This document shows, one piece after another, positions 15,647 to 29,519 of a DNA stretch of 64,000 bases. Where the stretch lies: the NCBI RefSeq assembly GCF_009914755.1, contig NC_060932.1. One strand, written 5' to 3'. The notes below the pieces were generated by a model. That model searched no databases. It saw nothing but the letters and a program-made list of their open reading frames with translations, and was not told the origin of the DNA. Made by a program: the position numbers and the translations under genes. Numbering within the stretch: the stretch's first letter is position 1; the number at the start of each line of letters is the position of its first letter. The DNA is from the human T2T-CHM13v2.0 reference genome, Homo sapiens.

Positions 15647-16204
15647 TGTAGAAGAGAAAAATAATTTTCTCCTTCACCCTTAATGAGTTCTTAGCTGGGA
15701 TTTCCTCTATGAAAAGACAGATAAACAAGAGGAAAACAAACAGGAGTTTAATATATGTACACCAGAGGTATACATCAGGAGTTATATTCTGGGAGATATC
15801 CAGAGACATGAGTAAATCTCTGGAGTAGAACTCAAAGAACTCTCTTAGACTTCAGACTAAATATCATCTTTCTCAGAAATAAAGAAGTGACTGGGGAAAG
15901 TCCCAGTTAGCTGTAAAACAAAACCTTGTATTGCAGATTTAAATTCATGCCATTGATAATAATCTCTAATGATTTAGTCATCCTTCTCTTCCTAGTGCAG
16001 AGGGGAAGACACCCTTACAAATGGAGATTTCCTTTATATGTAAATTTTTCATACAAACAAGTAACTTCTCAGAGCTTCTCCTGTGTCTGCAGTTTCTCAA
16101 AATAACAGCTCAAAATACTCCTTATGCTAAACAGGCTTCCTTTGAAGCAGCATGTTCTGGCCCCTAGAATCATATTTTAGGGTGCTATATTCTGAGCTCT
16201 ATAC
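15647..16204 (-). mobile_element. MER34/MER39-like ERV1 solo LTR
   Basis: tgtagaagagaaaaataattttc...aaaagacagataaacaagaggaaaac...ttttagggtgctatattctg; TSD taga. Confidence 0.7.
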
Positions 16205-16279
16205 TAGACTTCTTCTCTAAAACTCATAATCCCAGTGTAACCATGAGAAAAAAAACATCAGACAAACTCTACTTGAGAG

Positions 16280-16996
16280 TGTCAGTTGAAGACTAATGAG
16301 GTCATAAATTTGGAAAGAAGAGCTTTATTTCTCATACAAAGTGCTACAGCCTGCAGGGTGGCCATTCTGACCAGCAGGGAAGCTTCTGGTTAGAAGCCAG
16401 AAAGAGGCACTTGAAGGGAGGAACGAAGGGGACAGAAATATATGCAGTGCAGAATGGCCAAATATACACATTCAATAAGCTGTAGGCAGATCCATGAATA
16501 TTTGTGAAAGGAGAAATGTGTGCATGTGCAACTGAGCTTTGTGCTTCTTCATGGGTCCCATGTATAAAAGATGGCAGTGTTAGCATAATCCTGGGGTGGA
16601 GTTTTTGGTCCTCTGATTTCAAAGGTGAAGCAAAGGACACAAAAATTCTCACTGTTCATCCTCTGTAGACTGACCAGAACCACTCTGTAGTCAGTTGGTA
16701 GTCTCTTATCAGGAAGAAATGCTGGTCAGTTCTGTCAAAAATTGCAAAAGGGAGGGGCAGCAATGAGGTTTGGTTGAAGCCAGGTGTGGAGTCTTGCAAG
16801 GGCTTGTTTCTGTTTAGTCCTTAGGGAAGAAATCATCAAAGTAGTTAGTGAGTGAAGGGGTATAATGAGGTGTGCTCAACCTCCCATCTACCTCATTGCC
16901 ATGAAGTCCATTTTCAAGATTTTTTCTGGGGTCCCCTTGGCCAAGAGCAGATCTGTTCAATCATTTGGTGGCTTAGAATTTTATTTTTATTTCTTA
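16280..16996 (-). mobile_element. MER66-like ERV1 solo LTR
   Basis: ctggggtccccttggccaagag...ggcttagaattttatttttatttc is the reverse of the MER66 5' end. Confidence 0.75.
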
Positions 16997-17111
16997 AGTG
17001 ACATACTACAAAATTCCTAACTAGTATTCTTCAAAACTGTCAGGGCCATCAAAAATAAGGAAAGTCTGCAAAACTGTCACTCTCAAGAGGATCCTTAGCA
17101 AATAATGTGTT

Positions 17112-19271
17112 ATTGGTAGCTTGATGGGGATAGCATTGAATCTATAAATTACTTTGGGCAGTATGGCCATTTTTGCAATATTGATTCTTCCTATCCATGA
17201 GCATGGAATATTTTTCCATTTGATTGTGTCCTTTCTTATTTCCTTGAGTAGCAGTTTGTAGTTCTCCTTGAAGAGGTCCCTCACATCCCTTGTAAGTTGG
17301 ATTCCTAGGTATTTTATTTTCTTTGTAGCAATTGTGAATGGGGGTTCACTCATGATTTGGCTCTCTGTTTGTCTATTATTGGTGTATAGGAATGCTTCTG
17401 ATTTTTTGCACATTGATTTTGTACCCTGAGACTGCTGAAATTGCTTATCAGCTTAATAAGGAGATTTGGGGCTGAGATAATGCGGTTTTTCTAAATATAC
17501 AATCATGTCATCTGCAAACAGAGACAATTTGACTTCCTCTCTTCCTGTTTGAATACCATTTATTTCTTTCTCTTGCGTTGTTCCCCTGGCCAGAACTTCC
17601 AATACTATGCTGAATAGGAGTGGTGAGAGAGGGCATCCTTGTCTTGTGCTGGTTTTCAAAGGGAATGCTTCCCGCTTTTGCCCATTCGGTATAATATTGG
17701 CTGTGGGTTTGTCATAAATAGCTCTTATTATTATTGACCTTCTTCACAGAATTAGAAAAAAATGACTTTAAATTTCATATGGAACCAAAAAACAGCCCAT
17801 ATAGCCAAGACAATCCTAAGCAAAAAGAACAAAGCAGGAGGCATCACACTACCTGACTTCAAACTATACTACAAGGCTACAGTAACCAAAATAGCATGGT
17901 GCTGGTACCAAAATAGACACATAGATCAAAGGAATAGAACAGAGGCCTCAGAAATAACACCACACATCTACAACTATCTAATCTTTGACAAATCTGACAA
18001 ACACAAGCAATGGGGAAAGGATTCCCTATTTAACAAACGGTGTTGGGAAAACTGGCTAGCCATATGCAGAAAGCTGAAACTGGATCCCTTCCTTACACCT
18101 TGTACAAAAATTAACTCAAGATGGATTAAAGACTTAAACATAAGACCTAAAACCATAAAAACCCTAGAAGAAAACCTAGGTAATACCACTCAGGACATAG
18201 GCATGGGCAAAGACTTCATGACTAAAACACCAAAAGCAATGGCAACAAAAGCCCAAATTGACACACGGAATCTAATTAAACTAAAGAGCTTCTGCACGGC
18301 AAAAGAAACTATCATCAGAGTGAACGGGGAACCTACAGAATGGGAGAAAATTTTTGCAATCTATTCATCTGACAAAGGGCTAATATCCAGAATCTACAAA
18401 GAACTTAAACAAATTTACAAGAAAAAAACCAAACAACCCCGTCAAAAAAGTGGGCCAAGGATATGAACAAATACTTCTCAAAAGAAGACATTCATGTGGC
18501 CAACAAACATACAAAAAAAAGCTCATCATCACTGGCCATTAGAAAAACGCAAATCAAAACCACAATGAGATACCATCTCATGCCAGTTAGAATGGTGATC
18601 ATTATAAAGTCAGGAAACAACAGATGCTAGAAAGGATGTGGAGAAATAGGAACGCTTTTACACGGTTAGTGGGAGTGTAAATTAGTTCAACCATTGTGGA
18701 AGACAGTGTGGCAATTCCTCAAGGATCTAGAACCAGAAATACCATTTGACTCACCAATCCCATCACTGCACATATACCCGAAGCATTATAAATCATTCTA
18801 CTATAAAGACACATGCACATGTATGTTTACTGCAGCACTGCTCACAATAGCAAACACCTGGAACCAACCCAAATGCCCATCAATGATAGACTGGATAAAG
18901 AAAATGTGGCACATATACACCATGGAATATTATGCAGCCTTAAAAATGTTGAGTTCATGCCCTTTGCAGGGTGAGGCTGGAAACCATCATTCTCAGCAAA
19001 CTAACACAAGAACAGAAAACCTAACACCGCATGTTGTCACTCATAAGTGGGAGATGAACAATGAGAACACATGGACACAGGGAGCGGAACATCACACAAC
19101 CAGGCCTGTCGGGGGTGGGAGGCTAGGGGAGGGATAGCATTAGGAGAAATACTTAATGTGGATGACGGGTTGATGGATGCAGCAAACCACTATGGCATGT
19201 GTATACCTATGTAACAAATATGCACGTTCTGTACATGTATCCCAGAACTTAAACTATAAGAAAAAAAAAAA
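17112..19271 (+). mobile_element. 5'-inverted L1PA (about L1PA7): 17112-17732 antisense, 17733-19271 sense with poly(A)
   Basis: ORF2 peptides on both strands ([24 protein letters not shown] on -, [14 protein letters not shown] on +); L1PA 3' UTR and A tail; ORF2 is frameshifted. Confidence 0.95.
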
Positions 19272-19989
19272 GTTGATTGCGTTAGATAAATAATTTTTTT
19301 AAAATGTGGTATTTTGAATGAGATCCTGGAATAGAAAAAGGAGGTTAAGGAAACATAAATGAAATCCATATAAATAAGAAAATTTAGTGACTAAAATATA
19401 TCCATATTGTTTATTATTTATGATAAATGTGCTGTAGTCATGTAAGATGTAAACAACAGAGGAAATTAATATGAGATATATGGAAAATCTCTGTATTATC
19501 ATTGCATTTTTTCCTGTAAATTTAAAACTATTATAAAATAAAAGGTTTATTAAAATATTTTTAAATGACGTGGTTGGACTAGATTTTACATATTACCTTT
19601 TTAGTGTTCTGTGACTTTAACACCTGACTGTTAAAGTGTTATTCCTTTGTGCATTTGAGCTAAAATAAGTCTATTTGATAAAGTACAGTTCATTATAGCA
19701 CATACAGAGGAATCTTGTGTCCTCAACTGTCTTGTCTTCCTAGCCCCAAACACTGAATTCTGAATACATGTTAATTACATTAAAAAAATTGTTATGATGA
19801 TCATTTTCCCCCATTAAATAAATAGAAACAGATTTTGACTCAGGAAAGAAAACTGTTCTTGATTTATTGTACACTCTTTTCATCCTTAAGAAACCCCGCC
19901 CCCCAGCTAACAAACAATTGCAAAGTTTTTGAATGCATAGCACTTACATTCACATTGTAAGTCTATTAAAAAGTCTATTAAAATTTTGT

Positions 19990-20269
19990 GGCTAGGCATG
20001 GTGGCTCATGGCTGTAATTACAGCACTTTGGGAGGCCAAGGCAGGCAGATCACTTGAGGTCAGGGGTTCGAGACCATCCTGGCCAATATGATGACACCCC
20101 TGTCTCTACTGAAAATACAAAAATTAGCCTGTCGTGGTGGCACATGCCTGTGATCTCAGATACTCAGGTGGCTGAGGCAGGAGAATCGCTTGAACCCAGG
20201 AGGCAGAGGCTGCAGTTAGCCGAGATTATGCCACTCCACTCCAGCCTGGGCAACAGTAAGACTCTGTCT

Positions 20270-20316
<47 letters not shown>
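19990..20316 (+). mobile_element. AluS with a 46-nt pure poly(A) tail
   Basis: Full Alu; A run 20271-20316. Confidence 0.95.
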
Positions 20317-20319
<3 letters not shown>

Positions 20320-20360
20320 TTGCATTGCAATAGTTTCTTATGCATACTTTATACGTAACA

Positions 20361-22008
20361 CAGTCATGTGCTACATAATGGCGTTTTGATCAACAATGGA
20401 CCAAATATATGATGGATGTCCCATAAGATTATAATGGAGCTGAAAATTTCTTGTCACCTGGTGATGTCATAGCCATCCTAATGTAATAGCAACATGCGTT
20501 ACATGTTTGCGATGACGCTGTTATAAACAAAGTTACTGAGCTGCCAGTCTTAGAGATGTCTAGCACTTACAGTTATATACAGTACCTAATACTTGATAAT
20601 GGTAATAAATGACTATGTTACCGGTTTATGTATTTACTACACTTTTTATTGTTACTTTAAAGTGCACTCCTACATATATATGTGTATGTATATATATATC
20701 TATGTGTGTATATATATGTCTGAGTGTGTGTGTGTGTGTGTGTGTGTATAATGAACAGTAAAACAGCCTCAGGCAGGTCCTTCAGGAGGTATTCCCAAAG
20801 AAGGCACTGTTATCGCAGAAGATGACAGCTCCATGCCTGTTACTGCCCCTGAAGACCTTCCAGTGGGACAAGATGTGGAAGTGGAAGACAGTGATATTGA
20901 TGATCCTGACTCTTTGTAAGCCTGGGCTAATGTGTCTGTTTGTGTTTTAGTTTTTAACAAAAAAATTTAAAAAGTAAAGAAAAAACTAAGATATCTTAAA
21001 AATGGAAAAGAGCTTATAGAATAAGGATATAAAGAAAGAAAATATTTTTGTACAGCTGTGCAATGTGTTTGTGTTTCAAGCTAAGTATTATTACAAAAAA
21101 GTCAAAAAGATTTAAAGAATTAAAAACTTTATAAAACAAAAAGTCACAGTAAGCTAAGGTTAATTTGTTATAGAAGAAAGATTAAAAAATAAATTTAGTG
21201 TAGGCTAAGAGTGCAGGGTTTATAAAGTCTTCAGTAGTGCACAGCAATATTCTAGACTTTTGCATTCACTCACCACTCACTCACTGACTCAGAGCAACTT
21301 CCAGTCCTAGAAGCTCCATTCATGGTAAATGCTCTGATATGGTTTGGCTGTGACTCAACCCAAATCTCATCTTGAATTGTAGCTCCCATAATCCCCACAT
21401 GTCATGGGAGGGACCCAGTGGGAGGTAATCGAATAATGGGGTCAGTTTCCCCCATGCTATTTTCATAATATTAAGTTCCCGTGAGATCTGATGGTTTTAT
21501 AGGGGGCTTCCCCTTTTGCATAGCTCTTACTCTTCTCTCTTCTGCCGCCATGCAAAGAAGGACGTGTTTGTTTCCCCTTCTGCCATGATTGTAAGTTTCC
21601 TGATGCCTCGCCAGCCGTGCAGAACTATGAGTGAATTAAACCTTTTTCCTTTATAAATAACCCAGTTGCAGGTATGTCCTTACAGCACCATAAGAACGGA
21701 CTAATACATGCTTTATATAGGTGTATCATATTAAATCTTTTTTACTATATTTTTACTGTACCTTTCCTATGTTCAGCTATGTTTAGATAAACAAACACAC
21801 TATGTTACAATGACCTACAGTATTCAGCACAGTAACCTGCTGCACTGGTTTGCAGCCTAGGAGAAGTAAGCTATACCTAGGTGTGTGGTAGGCTGTACCA
21901 TCTAGGTTTGTGTAAGTACAGTGTATGATGTTTTCACAACAAGGAAATTGCCTAATGACACATTTCTCAGGAGGTATCTCTGTTGTTAAGAAAAAAGACA
22001 TTGCAACT
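20361..22008 (+). mobile_element. Tigger3b (TcMar-Tigger) split by THE1
   Basis: TIR cagtcatgtgctacataatg; gtcccataagattataatggagctgaaaa; cctcaggcaggtccttcaggaggtattcc; right end atgacacatttctcag. Confidence 0.88.
21335..21708 (+). mobile_element. THE1 (about THE1D) solo LTR
   Basis: tgatatggtttggctgtg...ggactaataca; 5-bp TSD tgctc/tgctt. Confidence 0.92.
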
Positions 22009-22778
22009 ATAACTAATTTTTAGTGTCACAACATAAGCAAATTCATTCACAGTCCTCACTCTTACTTTGGCACTTGTGCAGCTCAGCCCTGGAGGCGGTA
22101 GTTTGTAAGTTGTAAACTTTCTGCAAGTCCTGGTGACAGGGTTACTTGAAGGACTAAACTAGGCTAAGCTCTGTGGTAGCTGGAATGGATCTGCTCACTT
22201 CCTTTAGAGGCAGAAATTTGAGAAGCGGGAAGGAGTTGAGGAACCTCTTAGATACCTTCGAGCAAACCAGTCCACCTAATTAGAAGTGGTGTAATCTCCC
22301 TTTCCTTTCCTGCATGATTATAAATAGGAAGAGGATTTTAGAGGCAATATATTTATAAGGTAAAAATTTGACCTTGGAAATACTTAAGGATTTCTGATTT
22401 CTTATGGTGGCTTTGCTTTGTGACCGAGACTCCATCGTGCTGGGCTTCCCTGTCATCTCCATATCCTCATGGATCTCTAATTTCTCTACTCCAGGGCATG
22501 ATTAGCCAAACCCTGTCTTCTCCGCTAGAAGTACTACAGGAATGAGTAAGTGAGGATCTGTTGGGGGCTTTGTGAGGTATGATCTATTTAAATGTGAAGA
22601 TATTACTAAAATCACCACCACGTAGTTGGCAAAAGGCAAAATCTCAGAGCAGCAGCTATATCTGCCAATCATTTCAGAGAGACTGAAATATGCTGCCCAG
22701 TGAAGCAGGACCCTTGCTTTAAATGAGATGAGAGGAGGAAAAAAAAAAAAAAAAGTATAAAAAAAGGATTTCTCAATG

Positions 22779-23225
<447 letters not shown>

Positions 23226-24998
23226 TTAAATTGTTAAATCCTACTACACTGACTCAAAATTGGTAATTGGTAACAAATGAAGTAAGATCAGCTATAATTT
23301 ACCTTTGCAAAATCTCTGTATTTTTCATTTGCTTAAAATAAATCTATATATCTTCATTAAATGGTCCCAAATGGTTTAAACTATTCAAGAGAATAACCTT
23401 TTTAAGAGAAGTATAAAAGTCATTGAAAACTTCAGTTATTAATCGTAATTTCAATTTATTTTAATATCATAAACTTGTTTGAAGATTTTCACCAGCAACA
23501 GTTTGCCCCTGGTGTCCAAGTGGTTATAAGTACCAACATAATAACATTATGTCAATATGGAAGTACCGTAAAAGTCAGCTCTTTTAATACTTCATATTCA
23601 TCTTGGCCCGAAGTATTAGTATTAGTATTTCTGTGTGTGTGTTTTGAATGTTAGGGTACTGAACTCATATGGCTTTATTTTACCCCTTTTGAATGCTTAG
23701 GGTTTTATGATCTAATGTTTGGGGTGGTAGTAGCCAAAATGTTTTATTTCAATCAGAGACTGCTTTCGTGGACAGAATTCTCATCCATTTTCTTGCTTGA
23801 GAACTCAATCTGCATGGTATCATAATATGACTCTTTATGGAATTGCTTGTGTTAGTCAAAGAAAGAGTTAAAGCAGCAATTGAGACTCTATTAATGAGTC
23901 TTTGTTGGCTTGGAATAGTATAGGTTGGGAGGGACATCTTTGTAGTTACATGCTTCTTCATTTTATGGATGATAAAGTAGGTTCCAGAAGAACAGATGGC
24001 TCATCCAAGCCACCCAGAGCCAGTCAGGTGCATCTGAACCAGGTTTCCCCAAAACATGCCTCATGTGTGTTGGTGCTTCTGATGAACTGTTGGGACCTTC
24101 CCCACGCTCTTCTCTGCCATTCAGGCCCAGTACTAGTTGCCACTATTTAAAAGCTTCCTGCAAGTAGTAAATTACTGTCAGAGAACAATAACCTCTATGG
24201 AGCTGCTTTCACGGGGCTGCTTGAACATCCGGCAAACTATTTCATCTTCAAGGGTGGAGCAGAGATTGGCGAAAAGTCTTCAAGGCACATGCTTATCACA
24301 CCATTGTTTTCCATTGAGCCCTATCCTCATTTTGCTGGTGTCATGCATTTCTGTTGTTGCCTGAGAAGCATCTCTTTACCTCACTTTAAGAACATGAACT
24401 TTGAATGCATGAGGTTAATTACAAGAAATATTGGTACCTAGAAAAGCCTATTCTTTTAAAGGGTAACACATCAAACTGCCCTAATTTAGACTCAACTAAT
24501 AAGATAATTAACTGAATTTTAAAAATAAAGAATCTATGGGTCCAAGGGTGCTCTATTATGGCTATATTCTCAAATGTACTGTACAATTCTCCCAGACAGC
24601 CACTATTTTCTTCTATTGATTCCCCTTGTGTTTCCCTCCCAAAGCTGAGAGTTTGGTCAAAGATGATGATCTTTTCTTTAAGGACAAGAACTGTATGTAG
24701 TTAGGAATATTAATGTAGCTTCAATTCCCTTCTACAGCCTCCATATCAGCAGCTAAATGCCATTTATTTAAGTTTATAGAAAACAAATTAGAGCTGAGAA
24801 CTTTTCAGATCTATATTGAGTACTCAATTTCCATTTCTATGTAGCAAATTTACAAACTTTTAGAAGCAATAAAACATAATTCTATTAGAAACATACATTC
24901 TCTAATATTGTAATTGCATGCTTTTAAGTTGCTCAACAATCTGTTGTTGTTTTTTTTTTTCTTTTCCATAGGCAGCATTGTGTGGGTTACTGCAATAT

Positions 24999-25778
24999 TA
25001 AAATGGCAGAGTTCCCTGACCTCCCTTGCAGGACAAGTGACAGAGGTATGTCTCATCTGTTCAACCACCATGTGCTCAAACCTCTTACAGGATGGGAAGC
25101 AGTACATAGACGTGCAGGTGCAGGAGCTGGGGCAAGCACTTTTGGGATCCAGCCCCATGATAGTGTCTAGGGGTGGGTGCCTGCAACTCCCGAAGACCCA
25201 GTGGGCATGTTACGGTTATCTTTTAGCTCTGCTGTTCGCAGACAGCTTAAGTGTTAACCAGCTCAGTGCCCTCTTAGTACCTGGGACATTGTCTGGCATC
25301 CAGAAAGAATCAGGTCACATGGACAAATTGAAGGATGGTAAATGTGGGAGATTTTATTGCTGAATGGAGGTGGCTCTCAGTGGGATGGATGAGGAGCTGG
25401 AAAGGGGATGGAGTGGAAAGATGATGTTCCCTGGACTTTGGAGGTCCCACGGCTGATCTTTTCTTTGATCGTCCCCAGCTGAACTCCTCTCTACGTTCAG
25501 ACACTCCTTCTCTTGTCTCCTTCTCTGCTGTGCTGCTCTTCTGCTTCTCTGTTCCTCTGTTCCTCTGCTCCTCTGTTCTTCGGCTCATGGAGCCTGGGGC
25601 TTGGAGTTTATATAGGTACAGGATACAGGGGTGTGGCAGGCCAAAAGGCAACATTTGGGCATGAAAATAGGAATGCCTGTTCCCATTTTGGACCACAGGT
25701 TTCCAGGCTTGAGGGTGGATCCTTTGCCAGGGAACCACCCTCTTCTACCCAGTATTTCCCTGCCTCCTGTCCACATTA
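24999..25778 (-). mobile_element. MER50/MER52-family ERV1 solo LTR
   Basis: Reverse starts taatgtggacaggaggcagggaaatactgggtagaagaggg; TSD atat/gtat. Confidence 0.8.
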
Positions 25779-26415
25779 GTATTGTCAAGTAAATACTACT
25801 CAAACATTATATGAATTTATATCCAGGCTAGTAACCACCTTCCCAATCGATTAGCAGTACAGTGATTTACAATAGCTCTGAGAATATACCCTGTGGTCCT
25901 TGTGTATACTGAATTGGACTTCTTAATGTTACCGTTTAAATGAAATAAAAATTAGAAAACATTGATTTATATAGCAGGGTGGCTCCTAGATAAAGAAGCA
26001 GCAAAATACAGCGATCACTGTATGAAAATCGAGCTTATCAGCCACCTTGGAAAAGGCCAATAGAATGCAAACGTTAGCCACATGCTCTAATTTAGTGAAA
26101 TCATAGCCACTGAAATCAATAATATTAGCACAAGTTTTTAAAAAAATTAAGTCTGGAACATCATTATGCTCATAAGTTTATGCCCAAATATTTATATAGT
26201 GAGAATAATGTTAGAAATCTTTTACTGGTCAGCAATCCATATGTTTTCTTTCCTCTGTAGCATTTACACCATTAATGTAGGTCCATGAGGATTATGGACC
26301 CAGAGAAAGGAATAACAATATCTTTTAAAAATCTACAAATGGAGAAGATGAAATATATGACAGGGCTGGAGGTCTGGTTCCAAAGGAAGAGGAAGAAAAG
26401 AGCCTCTAGTGGTGA

Positions 26416-27099
26416 TGTATCCGTCCAATGGGTTCACCTTGCCCACTGCTTATACAGAGCTTTATTTATCAAGATGGGGAAACTGCAATAGAGAAAGAGT
26501 AATTCATGCAGAGCTGGCTGTGTGGGAAACTGAAGTTTTATTATTACTCAAATCAGTCTCCCCAAGCATTTGGGGATCAGACATTTTAAGGATAGTTTGG
26601 GGGACAGGGGGAAACCAGTGAGTTGACAATGCTGATTGGTTGGGTCAGAGATGAAAATCACAGGGATTGAAGCTGTCCGTTTGCGCTGAGTCAGTTCCTG
26701 TGTGGGAGCCACAAGGTCAGATGAGCCAGCTTATCCATCGGGGTGGTGCCAGCTGACCCAGGGTCTGCAAAATATCTCAAGCACTGATCTTAGGAGCAGT
26801 TTAGGGAGGGTCAGAATCTTGTAGCCTCCAGCTGCATGACTCCTAAACCATAATTTCGAATCTTGTGGCTAACTCGTTAGTCTTACAAAGGCAGTCTAGA
26901 CCCCAGGCAAGAAGGAGGTTTGTTTTGGGAGAGAGCTGTTACCGTCTTTGTTTTAAACTATAAACTAAGTTTCTCCCAAGGTTAGTTCAGCCTGTGCCCA
27001 GGAATGAACAAGGACAACTTGGAGGTTAGAAGCAAAATGGAGTTGGTTACATCAGATCTCTTTCACTGTCTCAGTTATAATTTTGCAATGATGATTTCA
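26416..27099 (-). mobile_element. LTR8 ERV1 solo LTR
   Basis: tgtatccgtccaatgggttcaccttgccc...ataattttgcaatgatgatttca; exact TSD GTGA. Confidence 0.88.
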
Positions 27100-27451
27100 G
27101 TGAGAGGGGAAATGTGTAAAGATAGTGCAAAGAGCAACAGCTTAGACTTTACTGTTCTGCTTACGATTAAAATCCCTTTGAGACAATAGGAATAAAAACA
27201 GCTAGATTGTCCTAAAAAATGCCAGTGGATGATCTTACTTCTCAGGGTATGTGAGGTTGACAGCAGGATTAAATCAATAATATAAAATAAAGAAAGCTTT
27301 ATAGTCATCGTCATTATTTACATTTAAGTTGAAGTGCATTCATTTCAACCTTGTTACATTCCTACAATGAATAAGACAAAGAATAAAAAATATATAACTG
27401 GGCTATAGGCTAATAGCTCATTTAAATATTAACAATAACTTCTTTGCTTTA

Positions 27452-27799
<348 letters not shown>

Positions 27800-29011
27800 T
27801 TACTTTCTTCCAAAAGCTATTTATGTATTTAACAAATTAATGAGTTGTGACCACAACAACAACAACAACAAAAAACACAACTGAAAATTTTGACTTAATT
27901 GCATGATCTTTAGTTTTTTTTCTTTATGTTATTTAAGTACTTGTGAAACACTTGCCAATTTCAAAGCTCTAACATGTGAATTTAAAGCTAGGTATACATA
28001 TAAGTACTTTTAAATTAATGCACTTATTGTGGAGAGCAGCTAAAGGAGGGAGTCCACAGGAGAATCACTTTATAGCCTGGGGCTCAGCCAAAAGGGAAGT
28101 CTGACATTTATTTATGCTTTGACATCTGCTCTCCCATGGGAGAGACTGGTACTTACCATGCACTGGGGAAGGGATAGCTAGTGGGTAAGGGGAATTGAGG
28201 GAGAACCAGAGCAAGAGGTGGGGGCTGTGATGAGTAGAAGAAATGAAGGCTAACACTTGCTAGGAACCATCGCAGCCCTAGGCAAAGGGAAATATTAGAA
28301 GACTGTAGTGTGATGCTACTGCGTGGCAGTCAGTTGGAAGATGTGGGTGAGAACCAGAAGGAATCACCCATGCCCAAGTGAGCTTCTTGGATTTGAGTCT
28401 TTTCTTGCAGGGCTTGTGGAAGCACCACTCATCCAGTGAAAAATAAACTGGATCTACTGCTATGAGCAATTGACTTATTTACTCAACGCAGACACACACA
28501 ACAATACCTGTTTTCTCTATTCCTTATCCCTGTCCAAACACTGAAAGTGCAAATGCAGAGAAGGTGCACGTGTGTGTGTTTAGGTGCATAAGAGATTAGA
28601 GAGAGCAGAGGGCACAACTTCCGTAGGAGCCACCAGAGCCACCAGTCCATCCTCATGCTAGAGCGGTGGGGAGGAACACATCTCTGAATCAGTGATGATA
28701 ATGACTTTTTTAAGTGAATGGAATTGTTTTACTAACAAATGTAATTAAAGATTATGCAATCAGACTTAATTTTCATTAAGAAAACCCATTTTTCAAGGAA
28801 GAAGATGAGTGGACATCAGCTGAGTAAAACTGGTAGCAGACAGTGAAAAAAAAATGTTGTTTTTTACCCCAATGAGTTGAACCTCTTCACTATCTGAAAG
28901 CCAATTTTTCTCATTTACAGGGTTAAAGCTTTGCATGAGTCTTTGTTCATAGTGTTCATTTATTAAGAAAAACATACTTCTTTTTCCCCTCCCCACTGCC
29001 TTTGCAAAACC

Positions 29012-29333
<322 letters not shown>

Positions 29334-29480
29334 TAAGCTTCAGGCCAGCATACACTTAAAATTTTAGATTCGTTTCAGTGAGATACGAAATTATGATTTC
29401 CTGTGAAGCAAATCAAACCCCAACTCAAACCAGACCAAAGTAGTCATTATTAAAATCTAGGGGATAGTTTTAACTGGATG

Positions 29481-29519
29481 CTTTGTCCATGTAACTGTGT
29501 AACAGTTACATGGACAAAG
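29481..29519. repeat. Perfect inverted repeat: 18-bp arms, 3-nt spacer
   Basis: ctttgtccatgtaactgt-gta-acagttacatggacaaag. Confidence 0.97.

Larger units (their letters stand above)
14962..19555 (+). mobile_element. Old L1MC/MD 3' UTR in four pieces (14962-15646, 16205-16279, 16997-17111, 19300-19555)
   Basis: Colinear motifs gagcctggagcatcttgtagtgccagaaag, gataagtcatgttgatagcatgtacc, aaaactgtcagggccatcaaaaataaggaaagtc, gatcctggaatagaaaaagg...aaaataaaaggtttatt. Confidence 0.75.

Noticed and set aside
17762-18466. Longest ORF (234 aa) as a host gene
   Set aside because: It is a fragment of L1 ORF2 in a truncated, inverted, frameshifted element.
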